Assembly (NCBI GenBank): GCA_045593305.1
Contig: JAZNWI010000181.1
Span: 8,831 to 72,830, forward strand
Origin: Clostridia bacterium
GTDB lineage: Bacteria; Bacillota; Clostridia; UBA1381
Length of the DNA: 64,000 nt
Reading direction: 5' to 3'
A program made the translations under genes and the position numbers. The notes beneath the pieces are model-generated. The model was not told the DNA's origin. It did no database searches and saw only the letters and a list, made by a program, of their open reading frames with translations. This document shows, piece after piece, positions 37,015-47,133 of the stretch. Numbering within the stretch: the first letter of the stretch is position 1; every line of letters starts with the position of its first letter.

Positions 37015-38694
37015 ATGCCTAATTGTTTAACGCTAAAAAAGTCCAACTGCAAAAACTGTTATAAATGTATTCGCCATTGTCCCGTTAAGGCGATTCGCTT
37101 TTCGGGAAACCAGGCACATATTATAGGCAATGAGTGTATTCTTTGCGGTCAGTGCTTTGTTGTTTGCCCGCAAAATGCTAAAGAAATTGTTGATGAAACA
37201 GAAAAAGTAAAAGTATTTCTTCAGGCGAGAGAAAAGGTTATAGTAAGCCTTGCACCGTCTTTTATAGCAAATTACAACGGTGTTGGTATAAATGCTATGC
37301 GCAAAGCCTTAAAGAAGTTGGGCTTTTACGATGTTGAAGAAACTGCAATCGGTGCAACAATTGTAAAAAATGAATACGAAAGAATGCTGAAAGAGGATGA
37401 AAGAGACATTATTATCACATCCTGTTGCCATTCTGTTAATTTACTTATTCAAAAATACTTTCCTGCAGAATTAGAGTATCTTGCAGATGTTGTTTCACCT
37501 ATGCAGGCCCACTGTATGGATATTAAAAGCCGCTATCCCGATGCTAAGACCGTTTTTATTGGTCCTTGTGTTTCAAAGAAGGATGAAGCAGAGCATTATG
37601 AGGGGATTGTTGATGCTGTTCTGACATTTGAGGAGTTAACCAACTGGTTAAAAGAAGAACAAATCGAGCTTGAAGCTGAGTATGATAATGATGATTTCAG
37701 CAAGGCGCGTTTCTTCCCCACAACAGGTGGCGTTCTTAAAACAATGGCACAGGATATTCCCGGTTATACATACCTTGCTCTTGACGGTGTTGAAAACTGC
37801 ATTGCTGCGCTTAAAGATATTGAAAGCGGCAATATTCACAAGTGTTTTATTGAAATGTCTGCTTGTGTAGGTAGCTGTGTGGGCGGCCCTGTTATGGAGA
37901 AATATCACCGTACAGAGGCTGTTAAAGATTATATAACCATTACAAAATATGCAGGCAAAAAGGATTTTGAGGTTTCCCAACCTAAGTCAACTGATTTGAG
38001 AAAACAGTTTGAATATATTGAGCACAGATATCCGCAACCATCCGAGATGGAGATAAACAGCGTTCTTCGCCAGATGGGAAAATTCAAGCCCTCTCAAGAG
38101 CTTAATTGCGGTTCATGCGGTTATAATACCTGCCGCGAGAAAGCGGTGGCAATTTGTCAGGGTAAGGCTGAAATTTCAATGTGCTTGCCGTTCTTAAAAG
38201 ATAAAGCAGAAAGCTTTTCAGATACTATTGTAAACAGCTCGCCCAACGGACTTATAGTTCTCAATGAGAATTTAGAGGTTCAGCAAATCAACAAAGCTGC
38301 AAGAGAAATTATGAATATCCGTTATGCGTCGGATGTTCTCGGTGATTATGTTATCCGTATTCTTGACCCCACCATTTTTGAAAATGTGTTAAAAACAGGC
38401 AGGGGCGTAAACAACCAACGAGTTTACTTTGCGGAGTATAAGAGATATGTTGAACAGACAGTTGTTTACAACAGGGATTCACATCTTTTAATAGGAATTA
38501 TGAGAGATGTTACCGCTGAAGAAGAGCAGCGGGAGAGAAAAGAAAACATCAGCCGACAAACAATTGAGGTTGCCGATAAAGTTGTTGATAAGCAAATGCG
38601 AATCGTTCAGGAAATTGCTTCACTCTTGGGTGAAACTGCCGCAGAAACAAAAATCGCGCTTGCAAAATTAAAGGAGTCGATTTCTGATGAATGA
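37015..38694 (+). CDS. hydS: sensory-type [FeFe]-hydrogenase-like protein with C-terminal PAS domain (HydS/HfsB-like)
   Basis: Two N-terminal 4Fe-4S motifs. Variant H-cluster motifs TSCCHSV, GPCVSKKDE, EMSACVGSCVGGP. Extra CGSCGYNTC...C motif. PAS-like segment SPNGLIVLNENLEVQQINKAAREIMN. Confidence 0.85.
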   Translation: MPNCLTLKKSNCKNCYKCIRHCPVKAIRFSGNQAHIIGNECILCGQCFVVCPQNAKEIVDETEKVKVFLQAREKVIVSLAPSFIANYNGVGINAMRKALKKLGFYDVEETAIGATIVKNEYERMLKEDERDIIITSCCHSVNLLIQKYFPAELEYLADVVSPMQAHCMDIKSRYPDAKTVFIGPCVSKKDEAEHYEGIVDAVLTFEELTNWLKEEQIELEAEYDNDDFSKARFFPTTGGVLKTMAQDIPGYTYLALDGVENCIAALKDIESGNIHKCFIEMSACVGSCVGGPVMEKYHRTEAVKDYITITKYAGKKDFEVSQPKSTDLRKQFEYIEHRYPQPSEMEINSVLRQMGKFKPSQELNCGSCGYNTCREKAVAICQGKAEISMCLPFLKDKAESFSDTIVNSSPNGLIVLNENLEVQQINKAAREIMNIRYASDVLGDYVIRILDPTIFENVLKTGRGVNNQRVYFAEYKRYVEQTVVYNRDSHLLIGIMRDVTAEEEQRERKENISRQTIEVADKVVDKQMRIVQEIASLLGETAAETKIALAKLKESISDE

Positions 38695-39859
38695 TTTATG
38701 TGCAGATATCGGTTATAAAAGTATAAATCATTATGGAGAACAACTTTGCGGAGACCATATAGATATAGTTGAACCCGATGAGGATTCAACAGTTGTAGTT
38801 CTTTCTGACGGATTGGGTAGCGGTGTTAAAGCGAGCATTCTCTCGACACTTACATCAAAGATTATTTCTACGATGTTAGCCGAGGGGCTTTCCTTAGAAG
38901 AATGTGTCGAAACCATTGCCGCAACCTTGCCCGTTTGCTCCGTCAGAGGTGTGGCATACTCTACTTTTACAATTATCCATTTAAAAAACAATCAGACTGC
39001 CGAGCTTATTCAGTACGATAATCCCCATACAATAATCATCAGAAACAATAAAAATTGGGATTATCCGAAAACAGAAATGAATATAGGCGGAAAGAAAATA
39101 TTTAAGTCAGTTATTCAACTGCAGGAAGATGATATTTTCATAGCAATGAGCGACGGTTGCCCCCACGCGGGTATCGGCACGGCTTACAACTTCGGATGGA
39201 AGCGCGCAGATATTGCAAATTTTATGGAAACATTGGCGCCTGTGGGCTATACCGCAAAAAATTTATCCACTATGTTGATTGATGAGTGCGATAAGCTTTA
39301 CGGACATAAACCCGGTGACGATGCAACAGCTTGCGTCGTTAAAATCAGAAAGCGCGTGCCTATGAATATGTTGTTCGGGCCGCCTTCTAACCGTGATGAT
39401 GCAGACCGTATGATGAGCCTTTTCTTCTCGAAGGAGGGTAAGCATATTATATGCGGCGGCACAACTTCGACTATCGCTTCTAAGTTTTTAAGAAAGCCCT
39501 TAAAGCCTTCTCTTAATTTTGAGAACAGCGATGTTCCGCCTATTGCGGAAATTGAGGGTGTTGACCTTGTAACAGAGGGTGTTATCACAGTCAACAAGGT
39601 TGTAGAGTATGCTCAGGATTATCTCGGTGAAAATAAACACTATGAGCATTGGAGTTTTAAAAAGGACGGCGCTTCTCTCATAAGCCGATTGCTTTTTGAA
39701 GAGGCAACTGATATAAACTTCTATGTGGGCAGAGCTATTAACCCTGCTCATCAGAATCCTGATTTGCCTATAAACTTCAACATTAAAATGAACCTTGTTG
39801 AAGAATTGTCCAAAAGCTTGAAACAAATGGGAAAACGAATTAAAGTAAGTTACTTTTAG
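38687..39859 (+). CDS. SpoIIE/PP2C-type protein serine phosphatase
   Basis: CGDHIDIVE, VVLSDGLGSGVKAS, AMSDGCPHAG, GDDATACVV. Start overlaps the hydS stop. Confidence 0.8.
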   Translation: MNDLCADIGYKSINHYGEQLCGDHIDIVEPDEDSTVVVLSDGLGSGVKASILSTLTSKIISTMLAEGLSLEECVETIAATLPVCSVRGVAYSTFTIIHLKNNQTAELIQYDNPHTIIIRNNKNWDYPKTEMNIGGKKIFKSVIQLQEDDIFIAMSDGCPHAGIGTAYNFGWKRADIANFMETLAPVGYTAKNLSTMLIDECDKLYGHKPGDDATACVVKIRKRVPMNMLFGPPSNRDDADRMMSLFFSKEGKHIICGGTTSTIASKFLRKPLKPSLNFENSDVPPIAEIEGVDLVTEGVITVNKVVEYAQDYLGENKHYEHWSFKKDGASLISRLLFEEATDINFYVGRAINPAHQNPDLPINFNIKMNLVEELSKSLKQMGKRIKVSYF

Positions 39860-39873
39860 AGTGAGTAAAGAAT

Positions 39874-41307
39874 ATGAGTAATATAAGAAAATTTGATACA
39901 AAGGTACAATATCTTAAATATAAGGTTTTAAGGGAAGTTGCAAGAGAAGCCTGGAATGATACTCTTCTCGAAAACATTCTTGAGATACCTAAAAAAATCG
40001 TCCCCGGCAAAACCTCCACAATGCGTTGTTGTGTATATAAAGAGAGAGCAATTCTCTCTGAACGTGTGAAAATCGCGATGGGCGGTGACGCAGAAAACCC
40101 CAATGTTATCGAGGTAATCGATATTGCTTGCGATGAATGCCCGGCGGCAGGCTATGAGGTAACGGACTCCTGCCGTGGCTGTCTTGCTCACCGTTGTGAA
40201 GACGTGTGTAAACGAGGCGCCATTTCCTTCGATCACAACCACGTTGCGCATATTGATAAATCAAAATGTGTTGAGTGCGGTCAATGCGCTAAGGTTTGCC
40301 CTTATTCTGCAATTGTCAACCGCAAAAGACCTTGCCAGATTGCGTGTAAGGTAAAGGCAATATCTATAAACGAAGATAATGCCGCATCCATCGATAACGA
40401 TAAATGTACGGCTTGCGGTGCCTGTGTTTATCAATGTCCTTTCGGTGCGATTTCTGATAAATCGTACATACTTAATGTGGTTGACCTTATAAAGAAAAGC
40501 GAACAAGGCAGAAACTACAAGCTGTATGCAGTTGTCGCTCCGTCTATTTCCAGCCAGTTTTCTTATGCAAAGTTAGGTCAGGTTATAACAGGGCTTAAAA
40601 ATATGGGCTTCCATACAGTTGTTGAGGCGGCTCTTGGTGCAGATATGGTTGCAATGAGCGAAGCAAAGGAATTAACCGAAAAAGGTTTCCTTACAAGCTC
40701 TTGCTGTCCTGCATTTGTTTCTTATATTAAATCTTCATTCCCTGATTTAGTTCCTTTGATTTCACATAACCGTTCTCCCATGGTTGAAATATCAAAATAT
40801 ATAAAAGAAACAGATGAAAATGCAAAAACGATTTTCATAGGGCCATGTACTGCAAAGAAAGCCGAAGCACAGCTTGAACAAGCAAAGCCTTATGTTGATG
40901 CGGTTCTGACCTTTGAAGAGCTTCAGGCTCTTTTTGACAGCCGAGATATTGATATAACAACGCTCGATGAAGATGTTCTTGATAATGCATCATATTTCGG
41001 TAGAATCTTTGCCCGTAGCGGCGGTCTTACAGACGCAGTAACACAGGCGATAAAGGAACAGAATATTACTGATTTTGACTTTAAGCCTGTTTCTTGCGAC
41101 GGTATTGAGGAGTGCAGAATAGCTCTTCTTAAAAAGAGCAAAAACGCACTTAACGCAAACTTCATCGAAGGTATGGCGTGTACCGGCGGTTGCATAGGTG
41201 GCGCAGGTTGCCTTACTCATGGCGAGAAGAATAAAGCCGAAGTTGATAAATACGGCAGAGAAGCATTTGAAAAAACAATCAGTGATGCGATTTCTATATT
41301 AAAATAA
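39874..41307 (+). CDS. hydA: monomeric [FeFe]-hydrogenase (HydA2/HfsD-like)
   Basis: Several 4Fe-4S motifs (CVECGQCAKVCP, CTACGACVYQCP). H-cluster motifs TSSCCPAFV, GPCTAKKAE, EGMACTGGCIGG. Confidence 0.9.
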   Translation: MSNIRKFDTKVQYLKYKVLREVAREAWNDTLLENILEIPKKIVPGKTSTMRCCVYKERAILSERVKIAMGGDAENPNVIEVIDIACDECPAAGYEVTDSCRGCLAHRCEDVCKRGAISFDHNHVAHIDKSKCVECGQCAKVCPYSAIVNRKRPCQIACKVKAISINEDNAASIDNDKCTACGACVYQCPFGAISDKSYILNVVDLIKKSEQGRNYKLYAVVAPSISSQFSYAKLGQVITGLKNMGFHTVVEAALGADMVAMSEAKELTEKGFLTSSCCPAFVSYIKSSFPDLVPLISHNRSPMVEISKYIKETDENAKTIFIGPCTAKKAEAQLEQAKPYVDAVLTFEELQALFDSRDIDITTLDEDVLDNASYFGRIFARSGGLTDAVTQAIKEQNITDFDFKPVSCDGIEECRIALLKKSKNALNANFIEGMACTGGCIGGAGCLTHGEKNKAEVDKYGREAFEKTISDAISILK

Positions 41308-41341
41308 TATTTGTTTTACAATTCCCACCATTCAAATACAG

Positions 41342-41386
41342 GTACTCTCCCTCGACAGTTTAACTGTTGGGGGAGAGTATCTTTTA
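41342..41386 (+). terminator. Rho-independent terminator ending the adhE-hydA operon
   Basis: Long stem TACTCTCCCTCGACAGTT / AACTGTTGGGGGAGAGTA followed by TCTTTT. Confidence 0.8.
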
Positions 41387-41534
41387 CTTGCTTACTTGAT
41401 ATTTTCATTTAAGATATATGTTCAAATAAAACAGTTGTGTTGAAGAAGTTGTTTGTTTGTGTTATTATATATTCAGTAAATCAGTAGCGTTGCTGATAGT
41501 GAAAAAAGTACGGGTTGGAGCAGAGTTGGTGAAA

Positions 41535-42035
41535 ATGAAAAAAGTTATTGTTATAGGTTGTCCGGGCTCGGGAAAAACCACATTTGCAGAAAAACTCCAT
41601 AAACGAACAGGTTTGCCCTTGTATTATCTGGATGCAATCTGGCACAAACCCGATAAAACTCATATTCCGAGAGAGGAATTTGATGATAGAATACAGGAAA
41701 TATTTCTGACTTCCGAGTGGATAATTGATGGGAATTACAGCAGGACTATTGAAACACGACTTCAGCAATGCGACACAGTTTTCCTCTTTGATTTACCAAC
41801 GGAAATTTGTATTCAAGGAGCTACTGAGCGAATCGGTAAAGGGCGTTACGACTTGCCTTGGCTTGAAACCGAATTGGACCCTGAGTTTGAAGGTTTTATA
41901 AAAGAATTTTCGCAAAAATCTTTACCTAAAATATACGGATTGATTGAGAAATACAGGGAAGATAAACAGGTTGTAATCTTCAGGTCAAGAGAAGAAGCGG
42001 ATGAATATTTGATTGGAATATCAGATTTTATGTAA
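41535..42035 (+). CDS. P-loop NTPase, adenylate-kinase/topology-modulation-protein family
   Basis: MKKVIVIGCPGSGKTTFAEKL Walker A at the N-terminus. GGTGA RBS before ATG 41535. Confidence 0.75.
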   Translation: MKKVIVIGCPGSGKTTFAEKLHKRTGLPLYYLDAIWHKPDKTHIPREEFDDRIQEIFLTSEWIIDGNYSRTIETRLQQCDTVFLFDLPTEICIQGATERIGKGRYDLPWLETELDPEFEGFIKEFSQKSLPKIYGLIEKYREDKQVVIFRSREEADEYLIGISDFM

Positions 42036-42038
42036 TCG

Positions 42039-42491
42039 GTGAACAGAACAAGAGTCGCAATGGGTAATACGGGCATCCCCTTTGATTTGTGTATGGTTGA
42101 GGATGCGCCGAAAGTGCTTCGTAAATACCGCACCGCAATTTTTGCCGCACCTATTCCTTCGGAATACGGAAAGGCGGCGGTTGAGTTGTGCAAAAAACAG
42201 AATGTTTCATTTATTTATGCAAGTGAAAGTAAATCTTTTTTCACAACGGATGAGCTTCGTGATTTACTTGTTTCATCGGGAGTGCATTGCTATAACGATA
42301 AGAATTGTGTTGTTTATGTGGGTGGCGGATATCTTGGCATTCATAGTGTTGCGGACGGTACAATCAACATAAATTTGCCTAAGAAATACAAGATTAAATC
42401 TCTGCTCGGTGTAGCCTTACCCGAATGCGAAACAGAGAAGCTTTCGTTAATTATGAAAAAACACGATACAGCGGTTTTTGAGTTAGTATAA
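42039..42491 (+). CDS. hypothetical protein (possibly a domain-sized remnant)
   Basis: 150-aa ORF with a GTG start 3 nt after the preceding stop. No convincing RBS. No family recognised. Confidence 0.35.
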   Translation: MNRTRVAMGNTGIPFDLCMVEDAPKVLRKYRTAIFAAPIPSEYGKAAVELCKKQNVSFIYASESKSFFTTDELRDLLVSSGVHCYNDKNCVVYVGGGYLGIHSVADGTININLPKKYKIKSLLGVALPECETEKLSLIMKKHDTAVFELV

Positions 42492-42515
42492 AGAGGTTTA
42501 AATGGGTGTTTTATT

Positions 42516-43187
42516 ATGACAACAAAGTTATTTGTTCAAGCTTTGACTAAATTTTTATTAGGTTTCGTTTTAGTTTGTTTGTTAATATTCTTACCTGCAG
42601 GTACGTTTTCATTTTTTAACGGGTGGTTGTTTGTCGGTGTTTTATTCGCGCCAATGCTTCCGGCAGGAATTGTGATGATGCTGAAAAATCCCGAACTGTT
42701 AAAAAAACGACTCAATTCAAAAGAAAAGCAAAAGGAACAAAGCCTTGTGGTGAAGCTTAGCGGACTTATGTTTTTAGCAGGCTTTATTATAGCAGGCTTA
42801 GGTTTTCGTTTCGGTTGGTATGTGTTGCCCAAAGGGGTTTCATTGGGTGCCGCGGTTGTATTCCTTGTGTCATATGTTCTTTATGCTGAAGTGCTTAGAG
42901 AAAACACGTATCTTAGCCGTACTATTGAGGTGCAGGAAAATCAGAAAGTTATAGATACAGGACTATATGGTATCGTAAGACACCCTATGTACAGTGTCAC
43001 GTTGCTTTTATTTTTATCGATGCCTATTGTATTAGGTTCAATATATTCCTTTTTGGTTTTTCTTGTATATCCCTTTATAATTGCCAAAAGAATTAAAAAT
43101 GAAGAAGAATTTCTTGAAAAAGAACTGGATGGTTATCTTGAGTATAAACAAAAAGTCAAATATCGATTGATACCGTTCATTTGGTAA
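42516..43187 (+). CDS. isoprenylcysteine carboxyl / phospholipid methyltransferase family membrane protein
   Basis: Polytopic protein. GLYGIVRHPMYS motif. Confidence 0.8.
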   Translation: MTTKLFVQALTKFLLGFVLVCLLIFLPAGTFSFFNGWLFVGVLFAPMLPAGIVMMLKNPELLKKRLNSKEKQKEQSLVVKLSGLMFLAGFIIAGLGFRFGWYVLPKGVSLGAAVVFLVSYVLYAEVLRENTYLSRTIEVQENQKVIDTGLYGIVRHPMYSVTLLLFLSMPIVLGSIYSFLVFLVYPFIIAKRIKNEEEFLEKELDGYLEYKQKVKYRLIPFIW

Positions 43188-43316
43188 TATTAAAACAGTT
43201 CCGATTTAACCGAATGTCCGAAATCTTATTTACCTGGTCTAAAAAATGGATTGAAAAAACGAAATAGAACATACACATTATAATTTAAAATATGAGGACT
43301 TAAAGGTGAGATTAAA

Positions 43317-44033
43317 ATGAAATATGTAAAAGCAGAAAAATATGATAGCGATTTAATCAATCAAAAAATTATGGGACCTAACCCGTTAAAATTAGAAGAA
43401 GAGCTTATGAAAGACAATAGTATTAAAAAGGGCGCTATTGTTATGGATTTAGGTAGCGGACAAGGAATCACATCTGTGTTTTTAGCAAAAGAATATGGAT
43501 TTAAAGTTTATGCAACAGACCTTTGGAGTGACGCCGAGGAAAATCAAAAATTCTTTACCGAAATGGGATTAACAGAAGAGAAAATTGTTGCTGTAAAAGC
43601 GGATGCTACGGATTTAAAATACGAAAAGGAATTTTTCGATGCAGTTGTCAGTACAGATTCCTATAATTACTTTGGAAGAGATGCAGACTATTTAGATGAA
43701 AAGCTTTTACCTTTTGTAAAGAAAGGCGGGTATATTTATATAGTTGTTCCGGGAATGAAAAAAGACTGCCATAATAACATTCCGAAAGAACTATTATTAT
43801 CCTGGACTCCTGAACAATTAGACTATATCCACGATATAGAATATTGGAAAAACATTGTTTCAAAATCCAAGAATAGTGAGATTGTTTCCATTTGCGAAAT
43901 GGAAAGTAATGAAGAATGTTGGAACGATTGGATACAGTGTGATAATGAATATGCTATCAATGACAGAAAGGCCATTGAAGCAGGAGCATGTAAATATTTG
44001 AACTTTATTGCTATTGTTTTAGAGAAAATTTAA
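43317..44033 (+). CDS. class I SAM-dependent methyltransferase
   Basis: Motif I VMDLGSGQGITSVFLAKEYG. AAAGGTGA RBS. Confidence 0.8.
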   Translation: MKYVKAEKYDSDLINQKIMGPNPLKLEEELMKDNSIKKGAIVMDLGSGQGITSVFLAKEYGFKVYATDLWSDAEENQKFFTEMGLTEEKIVAVKADATDLKYEKEFFDAVVSTDSYNYFGRDADYLDEKLLPFVKKGGYIYIVVPGMKKDCHNNIPKELLLSWTPEQLDYIHDIEYWKNIVSKSKNSEIVSICEMESNEECWNDWIQCDNEYAINDRKAIEAGACKYLNFIAIVLEKI

Positions 44034-44054
44034 GTAATGGTAACAGGAGTCATT

Positions 44055-44435
44055 ATGGATTTTGAAAATTACAAAACCGAAGTAAAGGAAACTTGGGGCG
44101 AAACCCGGGCGTATAAGGAACATACCGAGAAAACAAAAGATTATTCAAAAGAAAAGTGGAATAACCTTGCTGACGGTATGAATGAAATCCTTGCAGAATT
44201 TGCGGTATGTATGAAAAATGGTGAAGAGCCTGATTCTACCGAAGCACAGAATCTTGTGAAAATGTTGCAAAACCATATCACTGAAAATTACTATACCTGC
44301 ACAAATCAGATTTTAACAGGGCTCGGTCAGATGTATGTTGCAGACGAACGCTTTAAAAACAACATTGACAAGCACGGCGAAGGAACTGCTGACTTTATCA
44401 GTAAGGCTATAGGAATTTATAGCGAAAAGAACTAA
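44055..44435 (+). CDS. TipAS-like antibiotic-recognition domain protein (no MerR HTH)
   Basis: WGETRAYKEH...YSKEKWN...GEEPDSTEAQ...GLGQMYVADERFKNNIDKHGEGTADF matches the TipAS domain pattern. AGGAG RBS. Confidence 0.7.
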   Translation: MDFENYKTEVKETWGETRAYKEHTEKTKDYSKEKWNNLADGMNEILAEFAVCMKNGEEPDSTEAQNLVKMLQNHITENYYTCTNQILTGLGQMYVADERFKNNIDKHGEGTADFISKAIGIYSEKN

Positions 44436-44463
44436 GTTGATTCTAATTTACGGAGATGATTTT

Positions 44464-45720
44464 ATGAAATATAATCTTGTGGTGGCCGGCGGGGGACTTT
44501 CCGGTGTTGCGGCGGCTGTCAGTGCTGCTCGTGAGGGTCTTAAGGTCTTGTTGGTTGAAAAGGCGGGTTGCCTTGGCGGTGTTATTTCAAATTGTCTCGT
44601 TTATCCCTTTATGCCGTATTGGACAAAGCCTTATTGGGATAAAAATATTAAAAGAAATTACCTTTCTCAAGGCGTTTTCAAGGAAATGAAGGAAAGGCAC
44701 GATAAATATGTTGATGATTGTAAGGACCACGAATTCAATTCCGAATATTTCAAAATCGTTCTTGATGATATAACAACCGAGGTAGGTGTTGATGTCCTTT
44801 TCCACGGTATTGTTTATGATGTTAAAACTTGTGGGCGGAAAATTACCGAGGTCGATATAACCGCCAAGGGTCAGAAAATAACGGTTGAAGCCGATTTCTT
44901 TGTAGATGCCACAGGTGACGGCGAATTGTTTTATCTTGCGGGGTGCGATTTTCAGTTGGGTCGTGAAAGCGACGGCTTGTGCCAGCCTATGACAACCTGC
45001 TTCAGAATGAGTGGTGTTGACCTTGATCTTTTTACTGAGGAAAGACCGCGTTTGCAGGAACTGTATAAAGAAAAACAAGCCAAGGGTGAAATTACAAATC
45101 CTCGGGAAAATATTTTGGTTTTCTTTGGCGTAGGGGAGGATGTTCTGCACTTCAATTCAACCCGAGTGATAAAGCTTAACCCAACAGACCCCTTTGATGT
45201 GAGCAAGGCCGAAGTTTTAGCCCGCCGTCAGATACATGAGCTTGTCAGCTTTTTGAGGGAGAATTCAAAAGCCTTTGACGAAAGCGCCCTTATTTCCATT
45301 GCCATCGACATCGGTGTTCGTGAAAGCCGTAAATTGAAGGGTGTGCATATTCTGACCGCCGATGAAATAATCAACTGCACTCGGTTTGAGGATTCCATAG
45401 CTTTAGGAAATTACGATATAGATATACATAACCCGTCAGGCACAGGCACAAGCCACAGATTTTTTGGTGACGGCGAGTTTTATACAATTCCATATCGTTC
45501 ACTTTTGCCGAAGGAGTATGATAATTTGCTTGTGGTAGGGCGTTGCCTTTCCGCAACCCACGAAGCACAGGCGTCTGTGAGAATAATGCCGATATGTTGT
45601 TGCCTTGGCGAAGCTGCAGGCACTGCGGTTGCAGTGGCTATGAAAAATAACGAAACAGCACATACGGTTGATATAAAAACCCTCCAAAGCAAACTGAAAG
45701 AAAACGGAGCTGTTTTATAA
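44464..45720 (+). CDS. FAD-dependent oxidoreductase
   Basis: N-terminal VVAGGGLSGVAAAVSAAREG dinucleotide-binding motif. 418 aa. Confidence 0.8.
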   Translation: MKYNLVVAGGGLSGVAAAVSAAREGLKVLLVEKAGCLGGVISNCLVYPFMPYWTKPYWDKNIKRNYLSQGVFKEMKERHDKYVDDCKDHEFNSEYFKIVLDDITTEVGVDVLFHGIVYDVKTCGRKITEVDITAKGQKITVEADFFVDATGDGELFYLAGCDFQLGRESDGLCQPMTTCFRMSGVDLDLFTEERPRLQELYKEKQAKGEITNPRENILVFFGVGEDVLHFNSTRVIKLNPTDPFDVSKAEVLARRQIHELVSFLRENSKAFDESALISIAIDIGVRESRKLKGVHILTADEIINCTRFEDSIALGNYDIDIHNPSGTGTSHRFFGDGEFYTIPYRSLLPKEYDNLLVVGRCLSATHEAQASVRIMPICCCLGEAAGTAVAVAMKNNETAHTVDIKTLQSKLKENGAVL

Positions 45721-45765
45721 AAGTGCTGATATAATACTTAAAATAATGCAATTATAGTAAAAAAA

Positions 45766-45793
45766 CAGACGACAGGTTTTGCCTGTCGTCTTT
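45766..45793. terminator. Bidirectional terminator between convergent genes
   Basis: AGACGACAGG / CCTGTCGTCT perfect stem, flanked by an A-run (5') and a T-run (3'). Confidence 0.8.
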
Positions 45794-45812
45794 CGTATGT
45801 AGTTATATATAT

Positions 45813-47120
45813 TTACTTTATCTCAATCTTAAAAAGTCTTGCTCCGTGAGAGTTAACCTTTGCGGAAAATTCACCGTCGGTTACTGTGTGTTCTTCGTGT
45901 TTCCACATATCCCAAACGCTGTATTCAACACCGCCCATTGAAATATTGGTAATATCAAAGTTGATTTCTCTTTCTTTATCATCTGTGTTGAAAAGTGCAA
46001 CATATTTGCAGTTTTCGCCATTAGATGTCCAGATGATTTCACCTTTGCCGTCAGTTTCTTCACGCTTGAATTGTCTTGCGCCGCTTGAATTTTTCAGCAT
46101 ATCAATAAGCTCTCTGTTCTGAAGAAGCGAAAGAGTGAATTCATCGTTTTCACGCATTTCACCGCCCATCATAAGAGGTGAACGGAAAATACCCCAAAGG
46201 GTCATCATTGTTATCTGCTCATCGTGGGTAAAGCGTGTGTAACGGTTTCTGTATTGGGGGAGTTCTTCGGTTTTCTGGATTCTGCCCAAGGGGAGCATAT
46301 CGCAATCGGGCCAGGCGCCGGGCTGAACGTATTCCTGCCAAGCGTAGCAACGCTCAAACATTGCGTGAAGCTTACTCCATTCGTCCCAAAAATCGCCTGT
46401 CATACGCCAAAGGTTAGCGTGAGCTGCGAGGTGCTCGTGCTCACTTACAGGAGCAGGGCCGGGAGAAAGACTGAGAACCATATCTCTGCCACACTTATCA
46501 ATAGCTTTTCTGAGCATTTCAATTTCTTTTCTTGCTGAATAGGGGTTATTGGGGAACATCTCGGTATTAGCGATATCATCGCACTTGATGTAATCTACAC
46601 CCCACGAGGCGTAAAGCTCAAAGATTGAATCGTAATATTCCTGAGCTCCCTTTTTGTCAGGGTAAAGACCGTACATATCCGGGTTCCAAGGACATATTGA
46701 AGTGGGGTTTGCAATATCATTGGCGGTAACACCCTCGCACTTGATTTTAGTGTGCTGATGCGCTGCCTGTCGCGGAATACCTCTCATAATGTGAATACCG
46801 AATTTAAGACCGAGTGAGTGAATGTAATCCGCAATGGGCTTGAAACCTTTTCCGTCAGCAGAAGAGGGGAAGCGTTCAACTGAAGGAATAAGGCGTGAAT
46901 ATTCATCCATACGAAGGGGAGCAAAGTAGTTGTAGGAAAAACTGTTTGCTGTGGGCTCTGACCACTGAATGTCACAAACAACATATTCCCAACCGTAATC
47001 CTTAAGGTGTTTTGCCATATAATCCGCATTGGCAAGGAGCTGTTCTTCATTTACCGCCGCACCGTAGCAGTCCCAACTGTTCCAACCCATAGGGGGCGTA
47101 AGAGCTATTTTTTTATGCAT
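45813..47120 (-). CDS. alpha-galactosidase (GH27-like)
   Basis: LTPPMGWNSWDCYG N-terminal signature. YIKCDDI. AAGAGGTAG RBS. Confidence 0.9.
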   Translation of the reverse strand: MHKKIALTPPMGWNSWDCYGAAVNEEQLLANADYMAKHLKDYGWEYVVCDIQWSEPTANSFSYNYFAPLRMDEYSRLIPSVERFPSSADGKGFKPIADYIHSLGLKFGIHIMRGIPRQAAHQHTKIKCEGVTANDIANPTSICPWNPDMYGLYPDKKGAQEYYDSIFELYASWGVDYIKCDDIANTEMFPNNPYSARKEIEMLRKAIDKCGRDMVLSLSPGPAPVSEHEHLAAHANLWRMTGDFWDEWSKLHAMFERCYAWQEYVQPGAWPDCDMLPLGRIQKTEELPQYRNRYTRFTHDEQITMMTLWGIFRSPLMMGGEMRENDEFTLSLLQNRELIDMLKNSSGARQFKREETDGKGEIIWTSNGENCKYVALFNTDDKEREINFDITNISMGGVEYSVWDMWKHEEHTVTDGEFSAKVNSHGARLFKIEIK

Positions 47121-47133
47121 TTTAATCTACCTC

